Made by a program: the position numbers and the translations under genes. Of a stretch of 64,000 nucleotides of DNA, positions 36,641 to 51,200 are shown piece by piece; within the stretch, counting starts at the first letter, position 1; each line of letters opens with the position of its first letter. The notes below the pieces were generated by a model. The model was given only the letters and a program-made list of their open reading frames with translations. It ran no database searches and had not been told where the DNA came from. This DNA is from Mobula hypostoma (taxonomy: Eukaryota). The stretch is from positions 37,388,001 to 37,452,000 of the forward strand of contig NC_086108.1 of the NCBI RefSeq assembly GCF_963921235.1, in the 5' to 3' direction.

Positions 36641-39600
36641 ATGGGTCTTGTGCTGATGACACAAAGGTTGGGGGAATACTAAAATGTACAAAGGATAATT
36701 TTGTACAGCAGGATGTTGCCTTTCCAACAGGCAACATTGATATATCTGCTTCTGAAACACTTAGTAGATGAACATAATGTCGTAAGACTTAGGGTAGTTA
36801 CGGAAAAGGAGAAATAAAAAATAATTTGAGTGGAATGAGAGTAACAACGGATTTGACCCATATAGACTTGAAATAATTGTTGATAGTAGAAACCTAACAG
36901 AGAAATGAGCTGTATCTGTGGAAGACGAAATTCAGCTATGGATGAGGCACATTCATATGCAAATTCAAGGAAGAATAACATCTCCTACGATCTCTGCATA
37001 ATGAAATATTTACAAAAGAAGAAGATTAAAAAAGCAGTCTTGATAAATGATCTTGGCCTGAAACATTGAGAGTTTATTCTTCTCTGAAGATGCTGCCTGC
37101 CCTACTGAGTTTCTCCAGCATTTTGTATGTGTTGCTCTGGATTTTCAGCATGTGCAAAATCTCTTATGTACATCGGAAGTGTTTATGTATGACTACAAGT
37201 GAAAACCAGTCTGATCACAATCAGGAGGACAGTTAAAATTAAACTTAAAATAAGAGACTGTGCAAAACTTTGGCTGGGACAGTCACAAACCCAGCTGTGA
37301 AAGAAGGAGGATTAGACGTGGGGCTATCAATTCCATCTCATAAAAACCCAGTGCTACAGAAATGCCAACAGAAGCTCGGAAGACCTAATCCCTGGGAGAG
37401 GAAGGATCTTTGAAGATGGACTACACCTGGGAACAAGCTGAAAACTGGCTCAGGGTAGAGGATTCTGGTGAGCTGTTGTTAGCAGCCTCTAGGAGTGATG
37501 GGCTAAGCATAAAAAGAAGGAAGTGTGCAAAGGGGGTGTGTAAGATAAGATTAGCTGCCAGCATAAATGGCAAGTTAAACTTCTGTGTACTATCTCTTGT
37601 TTATATGTAGGCATGTAAGCAGGAAATAATAAATAAAATAGTGGAGCTTATCAGTAACATTGAGAGAAATGGGAACTTGAAAATGGATGCAGAGGCTGAA
37701 GATTAGGTAATAATGTATATTTATTAAATGTTACATAACAGTATATAGTAAATAAGTATTTCCATTAATAAACGCATATTTCTGAAGGATAGCAGAAGCA
37801 GGGGACCACTGGGCATGGATGCACGTCACTGGAATATTCTATTTATTTCAAGCTATGTCTCCTCTCTCAGCACAGGAGGTCCTGGAGGACTGGTGAATTG
37901 CTAATGTTGCATCTCTATTTAAGAAGGAACAAGGGAAAACCTTGCGAACTGTAGACTAGTGAGTCTTACATCAGCTGCAGGGAAATTGCTGGAGAAAATT
38001 CTTGGGAATAGGATATCTGAGCAATTGGAAACCCATCGCCTAATTTGGGAAAGCCAGCATGGCTTCGTGCTGGACAAGTTATACATTACCAACTTGATTG
38101 ATTTTTTTTGACAAGGTGACAAGAGAGATCGATGAGGATAGGGCAGTGGGTATCGTCTACATCGATTTTAGTGAGGCATTTGACAAGGTCCCTCATGGGA
38201 GGCTAATCCAGATGCATGGAGTCCATGGCAAATTGGCTGTTTGGATTCAGAACTGGGTTGCACATAGAAGACAGAAGGTAGTGGATGAAGGGATTTATTT
38301 GAGCTGTAAGTCTATAATTAGTGAAGTTCCACTGGGATCTCTGCTATCTGTGATGTATATAAATGACCTGGTTGAAAATGTGGATGAGTGGGCTATTAAA
38401 TTTGCTGATGAAACCGAGATTTTGGCTGAGTTGTGGGTAGTGTAGAAACCTTGCAAAAAATACAGCACAGTGTAGACCAGTTAACAGATATACGTAGAGA
38501 AATGGCAGATGAAGTTTAACTCAGAAAAATGTGGAAGTGTTGAACCTTGATAATGCAAATGCAAGGTGACAGTATGTTGTTAAGGGTAAGATCCTGAACA
38601 ATATTATTGAGCAGAGAAATCTTGGGATCCAGGTTTATAGCTCCTTGAAGGTGACTACACAGGTTGATGAGGTGGTTAAGAAGGCTTATGGAATGCTTGC
38701 TTTTATTAGTCAAGGCTTTGAGCTCAAAAGTCAAGAGGTTACGTCGCAACTTTATAAAACTCTGGTTAGGCCATATCTGGAGCATTGCATACAGTTCTGG
38801 TCACCCCACTATAGATAGGATGTTGTGACTATGGAGAGGGTGCAGAAGAGGTTCACCAGGTTGTTGCCAAGTTTAGAGAGCATGAGCTGTCATGAGAGGT
38901 TGGGTTATCTTCTCTGGAATGGCAGAGGCTGAAGGGAGATTTGATAGAAGTTTATAAGATTATGAGAGGTATAGATAGAGTAGACAGGATGTACCTGTTT
39001 GCCGGAGTTGAAATGTCTAATACCAGAGCGCAAGCTTGAAAGGTGAGACGGGGTACATTCAAAGGGGATGTGAGGGGTGTAATGTATGGATCTATTTTCC
39101 TTAATGCAATGACTGAACATTGACTGATAACTATGCATGTGCATTGATCTGATGTCTATGTATGCGCATTGATCTGTTCACTCTCTCTGCAATATGAATA
39201 TACCAGTTAAAGCCACCTTCGTGCACATGCTTTTGCATAATTGATATTAGTTGCATAGACACGACAAATTGGTGATCAGTATGAACCTGAATATCAGTAA
39301 ATATTAGCACTGCACCAACAGTTATGAGACTACTGAATTCGGAGGAAAGGAGAGTGACAACGAGAGGAGAGAATGAATCAGTACGTACCTGTCACGGACA
39401 TGTGAGTAACTGCACAGTACACAGTGAAAGATGACCAACTAGCAAAGTTAAAGTGAAAATAACATGACAGTGGCCTTAGTCAGAAAAGCTGACAAACTTG
39501 ATAGTGCTAATGCGGGCTGGGAATCATATATCAAGAGAATTGAACTTTATTATAATGCCAATGACGTGGATGAGGAAAAGAACACCACCATGCTTCTTAG

Positions 39601-39991
39601 CTTAAGGGGTGCTAGAAAGTTCAGCAAGCAAGACGTTCGATGAAATTGTTGCAATTTTAGAAAGTAATTTGAGCCCTAAACCACAAGTAATAGCTGAGAG
39701 ATTTAGATTTCACAAAAGGAACCAGCCAAAGGATGAAAGTATTTCTGAATACATTACAGAACTACGCAAACTTTCCCAGCTCTGTGACTTTAGAGATGGA
39801 TTTTCTGATGCTCTAAGGGACAGGTTGTATGTGGCATACATGGTCAAAGCACTCAAAAGAGGCTACAGTCAGAAAGAGACCTAACCTTAGAATAGGCACT
39901 GACCATTACAATATCATTAGAGACTGCAGCAAAGGATGCAGCAGAAATTCAAAAAAAAGAGTTTAGCATGTGAAATACACAAAATGTCCCT

Positions 39992-40985
39992 TCTCTTGTC
40001 CATCGAAATCCGATGATGATGTCCACTCCTTTAACGGTGAGATCTTTGATGACTATACAGTCCTATCCTGGACCCACAAGCTCCATTGCAGGTGGGACAT
40101 GTATATGTAGTAGTGGTGAGGGAGTTAGATATGGCCCTTGTGGCTAAAGGGATCATGGGGTATAGAGGGAAGGCTGGTGCAGGGTTCTGAGTTGGATTAT
40201 CAGCCATGATCATACTGAATGGTGGTGCAGGCTCGAAGGGCCGAATGGCCTACTCCTGCAGCTATTTTCTATGTTTCTATATTTCTATGGTGACAACCAT
40301 AGCTGCGTTTCTCCTGGCTCTCTTCTGCTGTCTTCTTTCTATCTCCAGAATATGAACCCCGTCCCCACATAGCTGTTGCCCAGTGGTACAGTCAGCAGCA
40401 ATCTCCTCCAAGTCCTCGGGCCTGATCTTGCACTTCCTTAAAGCATTCTTCATCTGATCCCTATAGCGCTTCTTTGGCCCTGCAGCTGAGTGTCGACCAT
40501 GATGTAGCTGGCCATATAACACTCTGCGGGGTAGCCAACATGGGGGTATCCTTATCACGTTCCCCAGCCACTGCAGCTGACACTGGGTGATCATGGCCTC
40601 AATACTTCTGCAGTTGGTCTATACAAGTATTTCAGTGTGACGCACCCGCTCACACCAGGTAATTCCCAGGATGCGCTGGAGGCAGCTTATGTGGAAGCGC
40701 TCCAAGGACTTGATGTGACGGCTGTAGGTTACCCAAGCTTGACAGCTATAAAAGGAGGGTGGTGACACAGACTGCTTGGTATACGGCAACCTTTGTGGAC
40801 GGACGAAGGCTCCTGTTCTGAAAGACTCTATGCCGAAGTCTCCCAAAGGCAGCTGATACCTGTTTAATGTGGCTCTGGATGTCATTGTCAATGCCGCTAT
40901 CCTCAGAGAGAATGCTCCCCAGATATTTGAAAGATGGCACTACAGACAGCTTTCAATCACCAATAGCGAACCTGAAAATGTGATG
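39992..40985 (-). mobile_element. 5'-truncated RTE-clade LINE with 11-bp TSD AAAATGTCCCT
   Basis: FKYLGSILS, QLQWLGNVIR and a C-terminal CPTCNGACGSRIGLYSHQRSH zinc finger. TSD copies at 39981-39991 and 40986-40996. Confidence 0.92.
40118..40289 (+). mobile_element. CR1 3'-end stub inside the RTE, same subfamily as 2017-4811
   Basis: Closely matches 4641-4812 including the tail. TGGTGA is duplicated at 40114-40119 and 40288-40293. Confidence 0.92.
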
Positions 40986-41776
40986 AAAATGTCCCTGAAT
41001 GGAGCAAAAAAACAAAAAGTGTTATCAATGTGGCAAATCCTGCTATGATGCAGATGAAGGTTGGTTCAAAGAAAAAGTTTGTAGAAAGTGTCACAGACAA
41101 GGTAACATGGAAAGAATGTGCAAGTCAGACAAAAAGCACAACCATAGAGAAAAACCACACAGAGTGAATAGTTTCAAACACGAACTTAAGCAAATGCTTA
41201 AAGTGACTGATGAGAAATGGAATCAGACAACACAATCCAACAAGTGTGATCTGTCATGCCTAGAACTGCATAGCATTACTGAAGCAGATCGTGAAATCAT
41301 ATAGATCACAACAGATGTGTCTGGTGTAAAACTGAAAATGGATACAGGGTCAGCTTTGTCCAGAATTCCCAAGGCTGACTACAATAGATTGTTTTCTAAG
41401 CTACCTTTAGAAAAAAATCTCAGTGATGCTAAAGCCCTAAACAGGCAAAAAAGTCTGTCCCAAAGGCAAAATGAAAGTAAATGTGATGTACTGAGGCAAA
41501 ACATAGCAGTTAGAACTTTATGTGTTGAAAACTAGAAGGCCAGCATTTTTTGGACGTGAATGGTTGAGAAAGATCCAACCAGACTGGCACACAATCGAAA
41601 CTCTCAATGTGCCATCAACAGGCAACTGTAGCCCAAATGGTAGCACTAACCAGAGACTGTCACAGCTACTTAATGCTAATGAGAAGGTGTATGAGACAGG
41701 TATTGGTAAACTCAAAGGCATGAAGGCCAGAATTGAACTGGATGAAGCAGCAACACCAATATTCCATGAAGAGTAT

Positions 41777-42598
41777 TGTGACGGGGTCCTGAGTTACCCC
41801 TATGAACTGTTTTCGATTACCCCTATGAACTGTGCATTAGAAAAGAGAGAGGGAGAGTTATTTAACACCGACATCTTGTTTTTAAGCGAGAGAGAGAGAG
41901 AGGAAAACTGCTCACAGTTTGTTTATACTTCCTACAAGGACATTGCCTGCTTGTACATTCTTACAGACAGAGAAGGGAGGAGCTGTTTGAATGACAGTTG
42001 GTACTCATTACGAGGAGATAAATAGAAGGTCAGATGATAGACCTGAAACACATGGTTTTGGACACTGAATGAGCTTTGTTGTGCCTGCAGAAATGGTGGG
42101 TTTGGAGGATCAATCTGGCAGATCGATCAGTAGCTCTTGCAATGTGAAAAGGGCTTGACCGGTGGGGAGTTATTTGTGTGTCCAACCCTTGCCTGGGTTG
42201 ATAACTCCACTACAGAAGAACAGTGCCCTTTGTTGTGGTCACAGTGGGTGACTTCTAAGGGAATTCGGAGGACAACAGGAAGATCGACGGCATCAGCTCA
42301 CCTGAAGACTCAAATCTCTCCCTCTTTCTCTCTCCATCACTACTCAACTCAATACCACGAACTGAACTGAACTTTACTCATCATTGTATCTATTTACCCC
42401 TAGACTCGGAGAAGCTTGGTTTTCATATATTTCTGCACTTTTATATATAAACATTCATTGACAATCTGTTTGATTTATCTGCATTTATATTACTGTATTG
42501 TGTAGTTACTAATAAATCATATTAGTTAATAGCAATACTGGACTCCAAAGTGTTTTCCATTTCTGCTGGTTCTTTAACCCGTCACGGGGTACGTGACA
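41777..42598 (+). mobile_element. Solo LTR with perfect 4-bp TSD GTAT inside Gypsy A pol
   Basis: TGTGAC...GTGACA; GTAT at 41773-41776 and 42599-42602; AATAAA near 42511. The host frame rejoins as PIFHEEY|PVPYVVYPKV. Confidence 0.9.
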
Positions 42599-45217
42599 GT
42601 ATCCAGTGCCTTATGTAGTATATCCTAAAGTGGATGCTGAACTTCAGAGCTTGGAGGTATCTAGCATTCTCTCCAAGGTTGAGTGGAGTGATCGGGCCAC
42701 ACCCATTGCCCCAGTGATCAGGAAAGAGAAGGCTTGGGCTGTTTGCATACATGGGAATTTCAAAGTGAGCATCAGCCCGGTGCAGTATCCCCTGTCATGA
42801 ATAGAAGATAGTTTTGCACCTTTGGCGGGTGAGGAGAGGTTTTCAAATATTGACTATCACAAGCCAATCTGCAAATGGAGATTGAGGAGTCAAGCAGGAA
42901 GTTCCGCAAAATCAACACTCACAAGGGACTGTTCCAGTATAACCATCTCGTCGTTGGCGTCACATCAGCTCCAGCAATTTGGCAAAGATCAATAAACCAA
43001 GTGCTCCAAGATATCCCAGGAACACAATGCTATCTTGATGACATTATTGTGACTGGCATGAATGATGAAGAGTACCTGCAGAACCTTTGTAAAATGTTTA
43101 CCTATCTGAGCGCAAGGAAGAGTAATGTCAGTTTTTCAAGAATGAAATCTCATACTGTGGACATATCATTGACAAGCATGTTTACATAAGTCACAAGAGA
43201 AGATTGAAGTGGCGCTGCAGGCACCCAAACCAGAAAATGTGTCACAGCTCAGGTTATTCTTGGGCCTTGTAAACTACTAATACTGGTTTCTCCCAAACAT
43301 TGCTACAGTGCTCCACCCATTGAACACCCTTTTGGGAATGATCAGAAAGATGTGAAAGAGCATTCAAGGAAACAAAGAGAATAATAACATCAAATGGACT
43401 GCCTCACCCATTATGACTCCTCTCTGCCCATCAAACTTATGTGTGATGCGTCCCCTTATGGCATTGGTGCCGTTTTGTCAAATGCTGTGAAGGATGGATC
43501 TGAACATCCAATTGCATTTGACTGACTAAGTCAACAGATGAGCATAGAACACAACTATGTACAGATTAACCAAGAGGCCCTTAGTCTGATATGGGGAGTA
43601 AAGAACTTCCACCACTACCTCTATGGATAAAAGTTCACTCTAGTGACAAGCTATCAGCCTCTTCTGTCCATTTTCAATCCCAGAAAGGAAATCCCAGTGG
43701 TGACTGCTACCCAGTGACAGCATTCGACACTTTTTCTAGGAGCCCACTCTTATGACATAGAGTTCAAGGGTATCAACAACACAGACGGCTCGTCACTTCT
43801 TCCACTGTTGACAACTGAAGAAGCAAAGTCTTCATTCTGTGACCCAGCAGAAACGTTCCACACAGCATTGGTGGACCAGTTGCCGGTAACAATTTCTGAA
43901 ATGGCAAGAGAAACAAGGAATGACCTGACATTGTCAAAAGTTTATGAAATCACTGTGCAAGGATGGCCAGCTCATGGTAATCCTATGTTTCCAGAGTTCA
44001 CAGTGAGACGAGAGCAACTGTCTGTATGTCAAAGAACCCTGATGTATCGATGATGTGTTGTGGTTCCCACTAAACTGAGCACCAGAGTGTTAGAAAATCT
44101 GCATGGAGAACACCTGGGTACAGTCAAGGTGAAGAGTCTCACCCGGAGCTACGTGTGGAGGCCGGGAAAAGATAGACAGATTGAAGACTTGACCAAAAGC
44201 TGTTCAGGATGCCAAAAAGTTCAAAATGCACCCCCACAGGTACCATTACACCTATGGAAGTGGTCATCTTCACCATGGCAAAGAGTACACATTGACTCTG
44301 TTGGGCCACTCATGGACACCGTGTTTCTGATTGTTGTGGATGCCCATTCAGTGGCCTGAGGTTAACCAATGAAGTCAACCACATCAAAAAAGACTGTTTC
44401 CACTCTGAAAACTACCTTCTCCAGAAATGGCTTACATGGACAAATTGCGAGTGATAGCGGACCACGATACACGTCAGAAGAGTTCAGACCGTTCATGAAG
44501 AAAAATGGCATCTAGCATTTCAAGTCAGTCCCTCACCACCCAGCAATGAATGAGTTAGCTGAAAGGTTTATCCAAACCTTCAAGAAGTCCATTAAAGCTA
44601 TGGCAGGGAGGATATTTCCCTACAGCACAAAGTGGACAACTTCCTTTTTGTGTATCGAAATTCTGTTCATTAAATGACAAATCAAACACCTGCGATGCTG
44701 TTCATAAGCAGGTATCTGAGATCTCACAAAGACCTCCTGAAACCAGATCTATGGTGGGAAATGTAGAGTAAACAGTTCAGCCAGTTGCCAAGTAAATCAG
44801 CAAGGAACCTTAAGGTTAGATGTGATTACCAAGAAGACAAGTGGACACTCGGTAGGATAACTACAAGAGCTTGACCGCTGATGTACACTGTGGATGTTGG
44901 AGATCATACATGGAAACATCATGTGGACCAGGCAGTGGATGCTGAGCTGAAGAACACACCTGAGTCGATTGCATCCAACAAGACAGAGGCATTACAGCCA
45001 TTGGACTCGCCTCTCAGTGATGATCATGTCACCAACAGCAACGTGACATCACAGAGGAACTTGTCTTTGCCAAGACAACTGCCAAACTTGATGCTGCTCC
45101 ACAGGTCCAGATGTGCTATCCTGAAAGAAACAGAGAGCCACCCAAAAGATTGAATCTTTAATACAGTGAAGTTAGTTGTGGACTGCTATTGTGAAAGCAT
45201 GTTTATTTGAATATGGG

Positions 45218-48200
45218 TGTAACGCCCTGGGAAAGGCTGACACCACAGACACTTAGATTAGCATTGACCTATATACCAACTCTGTCCTTGAGCACATCAA
45301 CAAGTGTGTAGATACAGTGACATCATAAAAACAAAAAAAGTTTTCCCCAATCAGAAACCATAGATGAATGGAGAAGTTCGCCTCCTGCTCAAAGCCAGAG
45401 ATTCAGCCTTCAGGTTTTGAGACTGGGAGGCTTACAGCTCAGCCAGGGCCAACCTGAGGAGGGGAATCTCTCAGGCTAAGCATACAGAGAATCGAGGAGT
45501 ATTTCAACTCCTCGGACCCCCGGTGCATGTGGCATGGCATACAGGTCATTACAGACTTCAAACCATCTAGTACTGTGCCCCCTTCCAGCTCTGCTTCCCT
45601 CCCTGATGAGCTCAATTACTTCTATGCTCGCTTTGACCACGAGAACAAGGAGGTCACCCTCAAAGCGGATCTCCCACCTGGTGAACTATCTCTCTCACTT
45701 TCCACCTCTGATGTTTGCGCCACTCTGAGCAGGGTGAATGTATGGAAGGCAGCTGGTCCGGATGGAATACCTAACCATGTGCTCAGAGTCTGTGCAGGGC
45801 AGCTGGCCGGGGTCTTCACGGACATTTTTAATCTATCCCTGGCCCAGGCAGTTGTCCCCACAAGCTTCAAGATACGCCACCATCGTGCCAGTGCTGAAGC
45901 ATTCCACTGCCATGGGCCTGAATGACTTCCGCCCAGTTGCACTCACCCCCATCACTGCAAAGTGCTTTGACAGATTGGTTCTACCACATCTGAAATCCTG
46001 TCTGCCAACTACCCTGGACGCCCATCAGTTTGCCTATCGCACCAACAGGTCAACAGAGGACGCCATCTGCAAGGCACTTCACTCTGCCCTGACCCACCTG
46101 GACAGCCCCAACTCTAATGTCAGAATGCTGTTCATTGACTTCAGTTCGGCATTCAATACTGTGATCCCCTCCAAGCTGATCACCAAACTTCACCAGCTTG
46201 GTATCAGCTCATCCCTCTGCAATTGGACCTTGTTCTTTCTGACTAACAGACCCCAATCAGCTAAGTTAGACAACCTCACCTCCTCCACCCTCACCCTGAA
46301 CACTGGTGTGCCTCAAGGCTGTGTGCTGAGCCCTCTTCTGTACTCCCTTTTCACCTATGACTGCATTCCTGCACATGGTCCTAACTCCATAATCAAGTTT
46401 GCAGATGACACCACGGTGGTTGGCCTGATCAGAGGGGATGACGAGACAGCCTAGAGGGACAAGGTCCAGCACCTGGCTGCGTGGTGTGCCGACAAAATCC
46501 TGGCCCTTAACACCCAGAAGACCAAGGAGATCATTGTGGACTTCAGGCATGCTAAGAGCCACACTCACGTCCCCATCTACATCAATGGAGCTGTAGTGGA
46601 GTGTGTATCAAGCTTCAAATTCCTTGGTGTCCACATTTCCGAGGATCTCACCTGGTCCCTGAACTCCTCCATCCTGATTAAAAAGGTGCAACAGCGCCTT
46701 TATTTCCTGCGGAGCATCAAGAAAGCTCACCTCTGTCCCAGGATACTGATGGATTTTTACCGCTGTACCATTGAGAGCATACTCACCAACTGCACCTCAG
46801 TGTGGTATGGCAATTGTCCTGTATCGAACCGCAAAACATTCCAGCATGTGGTGAGAACTGCCCAGCGTATTATCGGCACACAATTGCCCACCATTGAGAA
46901 CATCTACCATAAACGCTGCCTGGGCAGGGCGAAAAGCATTATCAGGGATGCATCTCACCCTAACCATGGACTTTTCACTTTCCTCCCACCCGGTAGGCGC
47001 TACAGGAGCCTCCGCTCCCGCACCAGCAGGCACAGGAAGAGCTTCTTCCCTGAGGCTGTGACCCTGCTGAACCTCTCATCACAGCGCTAAGCAGTATTGC
47101 ACCCATATTGTACTGTCTCAATACTTATATATTTGTGTGCTGTAGAACTTACTTTTTATTCGCAGTTATTTTGTAAATAACACTATTCTTTGCATTTCTG
47201 TTTAAATGCTAACTGCTTTTCATTGGCTTTGTATCTGTACTCAGTACAATGACAATAAAGTTGAATCTAATCTAAAAGGTTTCACTGCTAACATAATGGT
47301 CTTTCTGTCGAAGCAGCGTTTGGGTTATGGTTAGAGATAATGGGTGTTTTGCAATGTGAGCCGACCAATGAAGGGAGTGTGTTTTTTGCATTGTGTGCCT
47401 GATACTGGTGTGAGCTGGGTCTTTTGTTCGGTGGGGGGATGAAGGGAGAAGATGCCGGAGAGAAGAAGTCGTAGGACTCGACCCAGAGCGCCAACCTATA
47501 CACATTAGACTGTTTCATTAAAATGGGCCCTTTTCTTTTTTCCTTTTTCTTTACTAACCCTTTAGTCAAATTAAGAATTATAAAGCTAAATCACTTAATT
47601 GTATGTGGTGCGCAGTCTGTTATTTCGCGGTCCTTATTTGTAACAGGGTAACGAATCACACAGCATCCACACAAACGGGGGGTTTTGGAAGGCTTGTGCT
47701 TCAATTTCCCACGTTTGGCTGGGCCGCAGATTGTCTTCCCTATAGTTACGCATTCAGCAGAATCAGAGTGTTTCAATTGTGGGGGCTCGTCCAGGATCGA
47801 TTTTGTTAGGTGCTGTGTGATTGCCCTGAGCATTGATCCAGTGGGTTGTGTGTTTAAGTATGTATCCCTGATGAATTGTTAATTCGAAGTTTAAGTACTG
47901 TTAAAGCTATAGGAAAAGTTACGATTGTGGGGCGAAGGTTGGATAAAATGGTGGGCAAAGATTTTGTTTTAGTCCAGACAAGCGCTGACATAACGGCAGT
48001 TGAACTGCCTGGTACTACTGGGGCTCCAGGAGACCGGGGCTGTGGGCTATCCATACTTTCTGGGAGGAGGAGAGTGTAGGGGAGTGGACCAAATCGCAAG
48101 CCGAGTCTCCCGTAGCTGGGGGCAGAGACTTCAAAGACAGGGTGCTCTCGTTTCTGCAGAACGAGGGGAAGGAATGGTCTGATATAGACGATCCAATGAG

Positions 48201-51200
48201 TCCTCCATTGAGGGACGAGTATTCTGATTTGGCAGTGGACCTTACCACCCTGGCGAATAAATGGCAAAATCCCCAGCTATCTTAGGCTCCGCCTGTTCTC
48301 GGGAACGAAGCCCACCCCTAAAGGGGAGGAGGAGTATGAGACTTGGGCGGAGCAGACCTCCCAGTTGTTAGATGAGTGGCAGTGCTCTGACAACGTAAAG
48401 CAACAGAGATTGGTTGCGAGCTTGACAGGCTGGGCTGTTGATGTAGTGAGAGCCATAAAAGCATAGAAACTCTTTTCCACTTCTGCGGCCTACACGCAAG
48501 CACTAGAAAAGGTGTTTGGCATGACAAGAAGCCCATTGGAGCTCATGATGGGGTTTCAGAACATGTGTCAGGAGGAGGGGGAGAAGCTTTCTGCCTACAT
48601 TTTTTGGCTGGAGAGGCAGCTAAATTGCTTGCAGTGTAGAGGGGCTATTCAGATGGCTGAGGTGGATCTGTTAAGAATGGACCAAATAGCGAAAGGTGCC
48701 CAGTCTTAGAACCTGATTGCTTGGGGTCTCTGACTGTCTCGTAAGATGCGCCCCCTCCCTCATTTGCTGAGCTGATCAGAGAGGTATGGGAGGAGGAGAA
48801 TACATTGGAGGCGCGTGGGTGGGGGGGAGGGCCCTGTCAGCGGGGTAGCCTCCTGTGTTGCAGTGACCACGGATGGCCCATCCAGAGAAGTGATAAAGGA
48901 GATCGTGGCAGAGTTGAGAACTGAGATGACCTGGTTCTTATCAGTGGGTGTGCCCCCCACCTCCTCATATGATGGAGCTGATAGGGAAGCAGACACTCTA
49001 AGGGTACAGACTACGCTGGCAGCCGGGATCCTGCGAGAAGGGTCTCAGGTCACTTTGATATACCTTTTCTTTTACAACCAGTATTTGACGCATTTACCAT
49101 TGACACCACTCAGTGCACTGGAGATCTGCGGTCTTAGTGCGAGTGATTACCCGTATGATGGTTATCTGTCAGTGATGCTGGAGTTTTCAGAGGCAGATGT
49201 GGGAGTGGCTGAGGTTCTTGATACATTAGCGCTGGTTTGTCCTGACCCCATTGAGAAGGGTGGAGTTTCAATCCTTGTGGGGAAAATACTCCTATTGTGA
49301 GGAGGCTAATGAGAGATTGCAAGGAGAGAGCTGGAGAGCTTTCTGGGAACATTGCCTCTTCACCCAGTGTTTTGAGCTGCTTTCGAGGAAGTGCGTGGCC
49401 ACATTTGGCCGGATAATGAGCTTAGATGAGGGACTGTATGGTTCACCCAGTCAAAGCCAATCATGTTACGGCTGGGGAAGTAGCAAGAGTGATGGGAAAC
49501 CCCAAGTTTCCTGAAATCCCTGAGCCGAAGTTATTTGGTGGATGCTCTGGAAGACCAGGAAGAGGTGTTAGGCATACCTGATGGGGTACTGGTGAGGCCT
49601 GAACTGCAGAAGCCCTTGGTTGTACAGAAGAATAGGATGGCAGTGATTCTCAGGAACACAATGAAGAAGGAGGTCACCTTCAAGCAGGGGATGCCCCTGG
49701 CGCATCTCTTCCTGGTGACAATAATGTCTAGTGTCCCTGTGAGACAAGCTGGGGAGAAACTATCTGCGAAAGTGGGAAAGTTGACCACTGAGTCATTCAA
49801 CTTTGGGGACTGTCCGGTACCTGTGGGTTGGAAGAAGAGGTTGATAGAGAAGATGTTGAAGCTGGAAGGTGTCTTTTCCATTGGCGAGTTTGATGTGGGT
49901 TGTTCCAAGAGCACTCATCACACTATCAGGGTGACCGAGGACACCCCGTTCAGAGAAAGGTCGTGGTGACTGGCCCTGAAGAGGTGGAAGACATTTGGCA
50001 GCATTTGTGTAAGTTGAAGGAAGCTGGAATCATCATTGAATCCAGAAGCCCCTATGCGTCCCCAATAATAGTGGCCAGGAAGAGGAATGGGAACGTATGG
50101 ATGTGTGTGGACTATAGGGCTCTGAACAGGCCAGGAAGAGGGTATAGGGTCCTGAGGATCGAAGACGCGCTGCCCTGTCTGAGCGGTGCGAAGTGGTTCA
50201 GTGTGCTGGATTTGAGGAATGGATATTACCAGATCTCCAGAGGTTGGCTGACTGCTCGGTGGTTACGCCCTATATAGTGGAGAGTCAGATGCCAAACATA
50301 CCAGTTTTCTGGGTGAAACCAAAGGATGGGAATGGGCCTGCCAAGATTCTCCATCGGAACCACCTTCTGTCTCTGGGACAAGAGGTGCAGGTTGACCCAG
50401 AGCCCGACCTGGAGCCTACACCTAGTAAGAGGACTCTGCGGAGATGCGGAGCAACTGAAGGACCAACAGTAGGAGAGTTATACCAGCCCCTGCCCTGAAT
50501 GGGATCTGGACTCGGAGTATGAGGAAATGGAGGTGTGGTATATGCTGTCTTTTGCCAACTCCCCACTGATTGAGGAAAAGATTCCCAACCCTTCTCACAC
50601 CGAGTCAGGTGAAATCGGGGGGAACTATCTAAGGATAGTTTAGGTTTCAGCAGAACCATGAAGGAAATGAAGTGGGGCTCAGCCAAGTGGCAGAGAGATC
50701 CGAGTTGCTGGAGGGCATGAGTGATAGACTGGGGGAGGACTCGCCATGTGGACCAGACGTATCCCAAGGAGTATCTGAACCTGAAGGAGTAGATGATGGG
50801 GTAAAGAGGTCTCAGAGAATCAGGAGACTCCCAGATAGGCTGGCCTGTGTAGCACTGGGGGAACAGAGTGTGGCACCTATCATCTTTGTGAGCTATGTCA
50901 TTGCCATTTACACCTGGGGTTGGAGTTTGTGCTTTGTATGAAGGGGTGGCAAATTATCTCAGTGTCATGAGGACATGACGATGTTTGTGGGAGGAGAGTG
51001 TAACACCCTGGGAAAGGTTTCAACGCTAACACAATGGTCTCTCTGTAGAAGCAGTGTTTGGGTTATGGTCAGAGATAACAGGTGCTTTGGAATGTGAGCA
51101 GTACAATGAAGGGAGTGTGTTTTCCGTGTTTTGTGCCTGACACCGGTGTGAGCTGGGTCTTTTGTCTGACGTGGGATGAAGGGAGAAGACGCCAGAGAAA

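Noticed and set aside
45255..45265. ttagattag near the Rex1 5' end, the reverse complement of its tail (possible 5' inversion)
   Set aside because: It lies in the normal ORF frame (DT*ISIDLYTNSV) and is explained by a point mutation to a stop codon.
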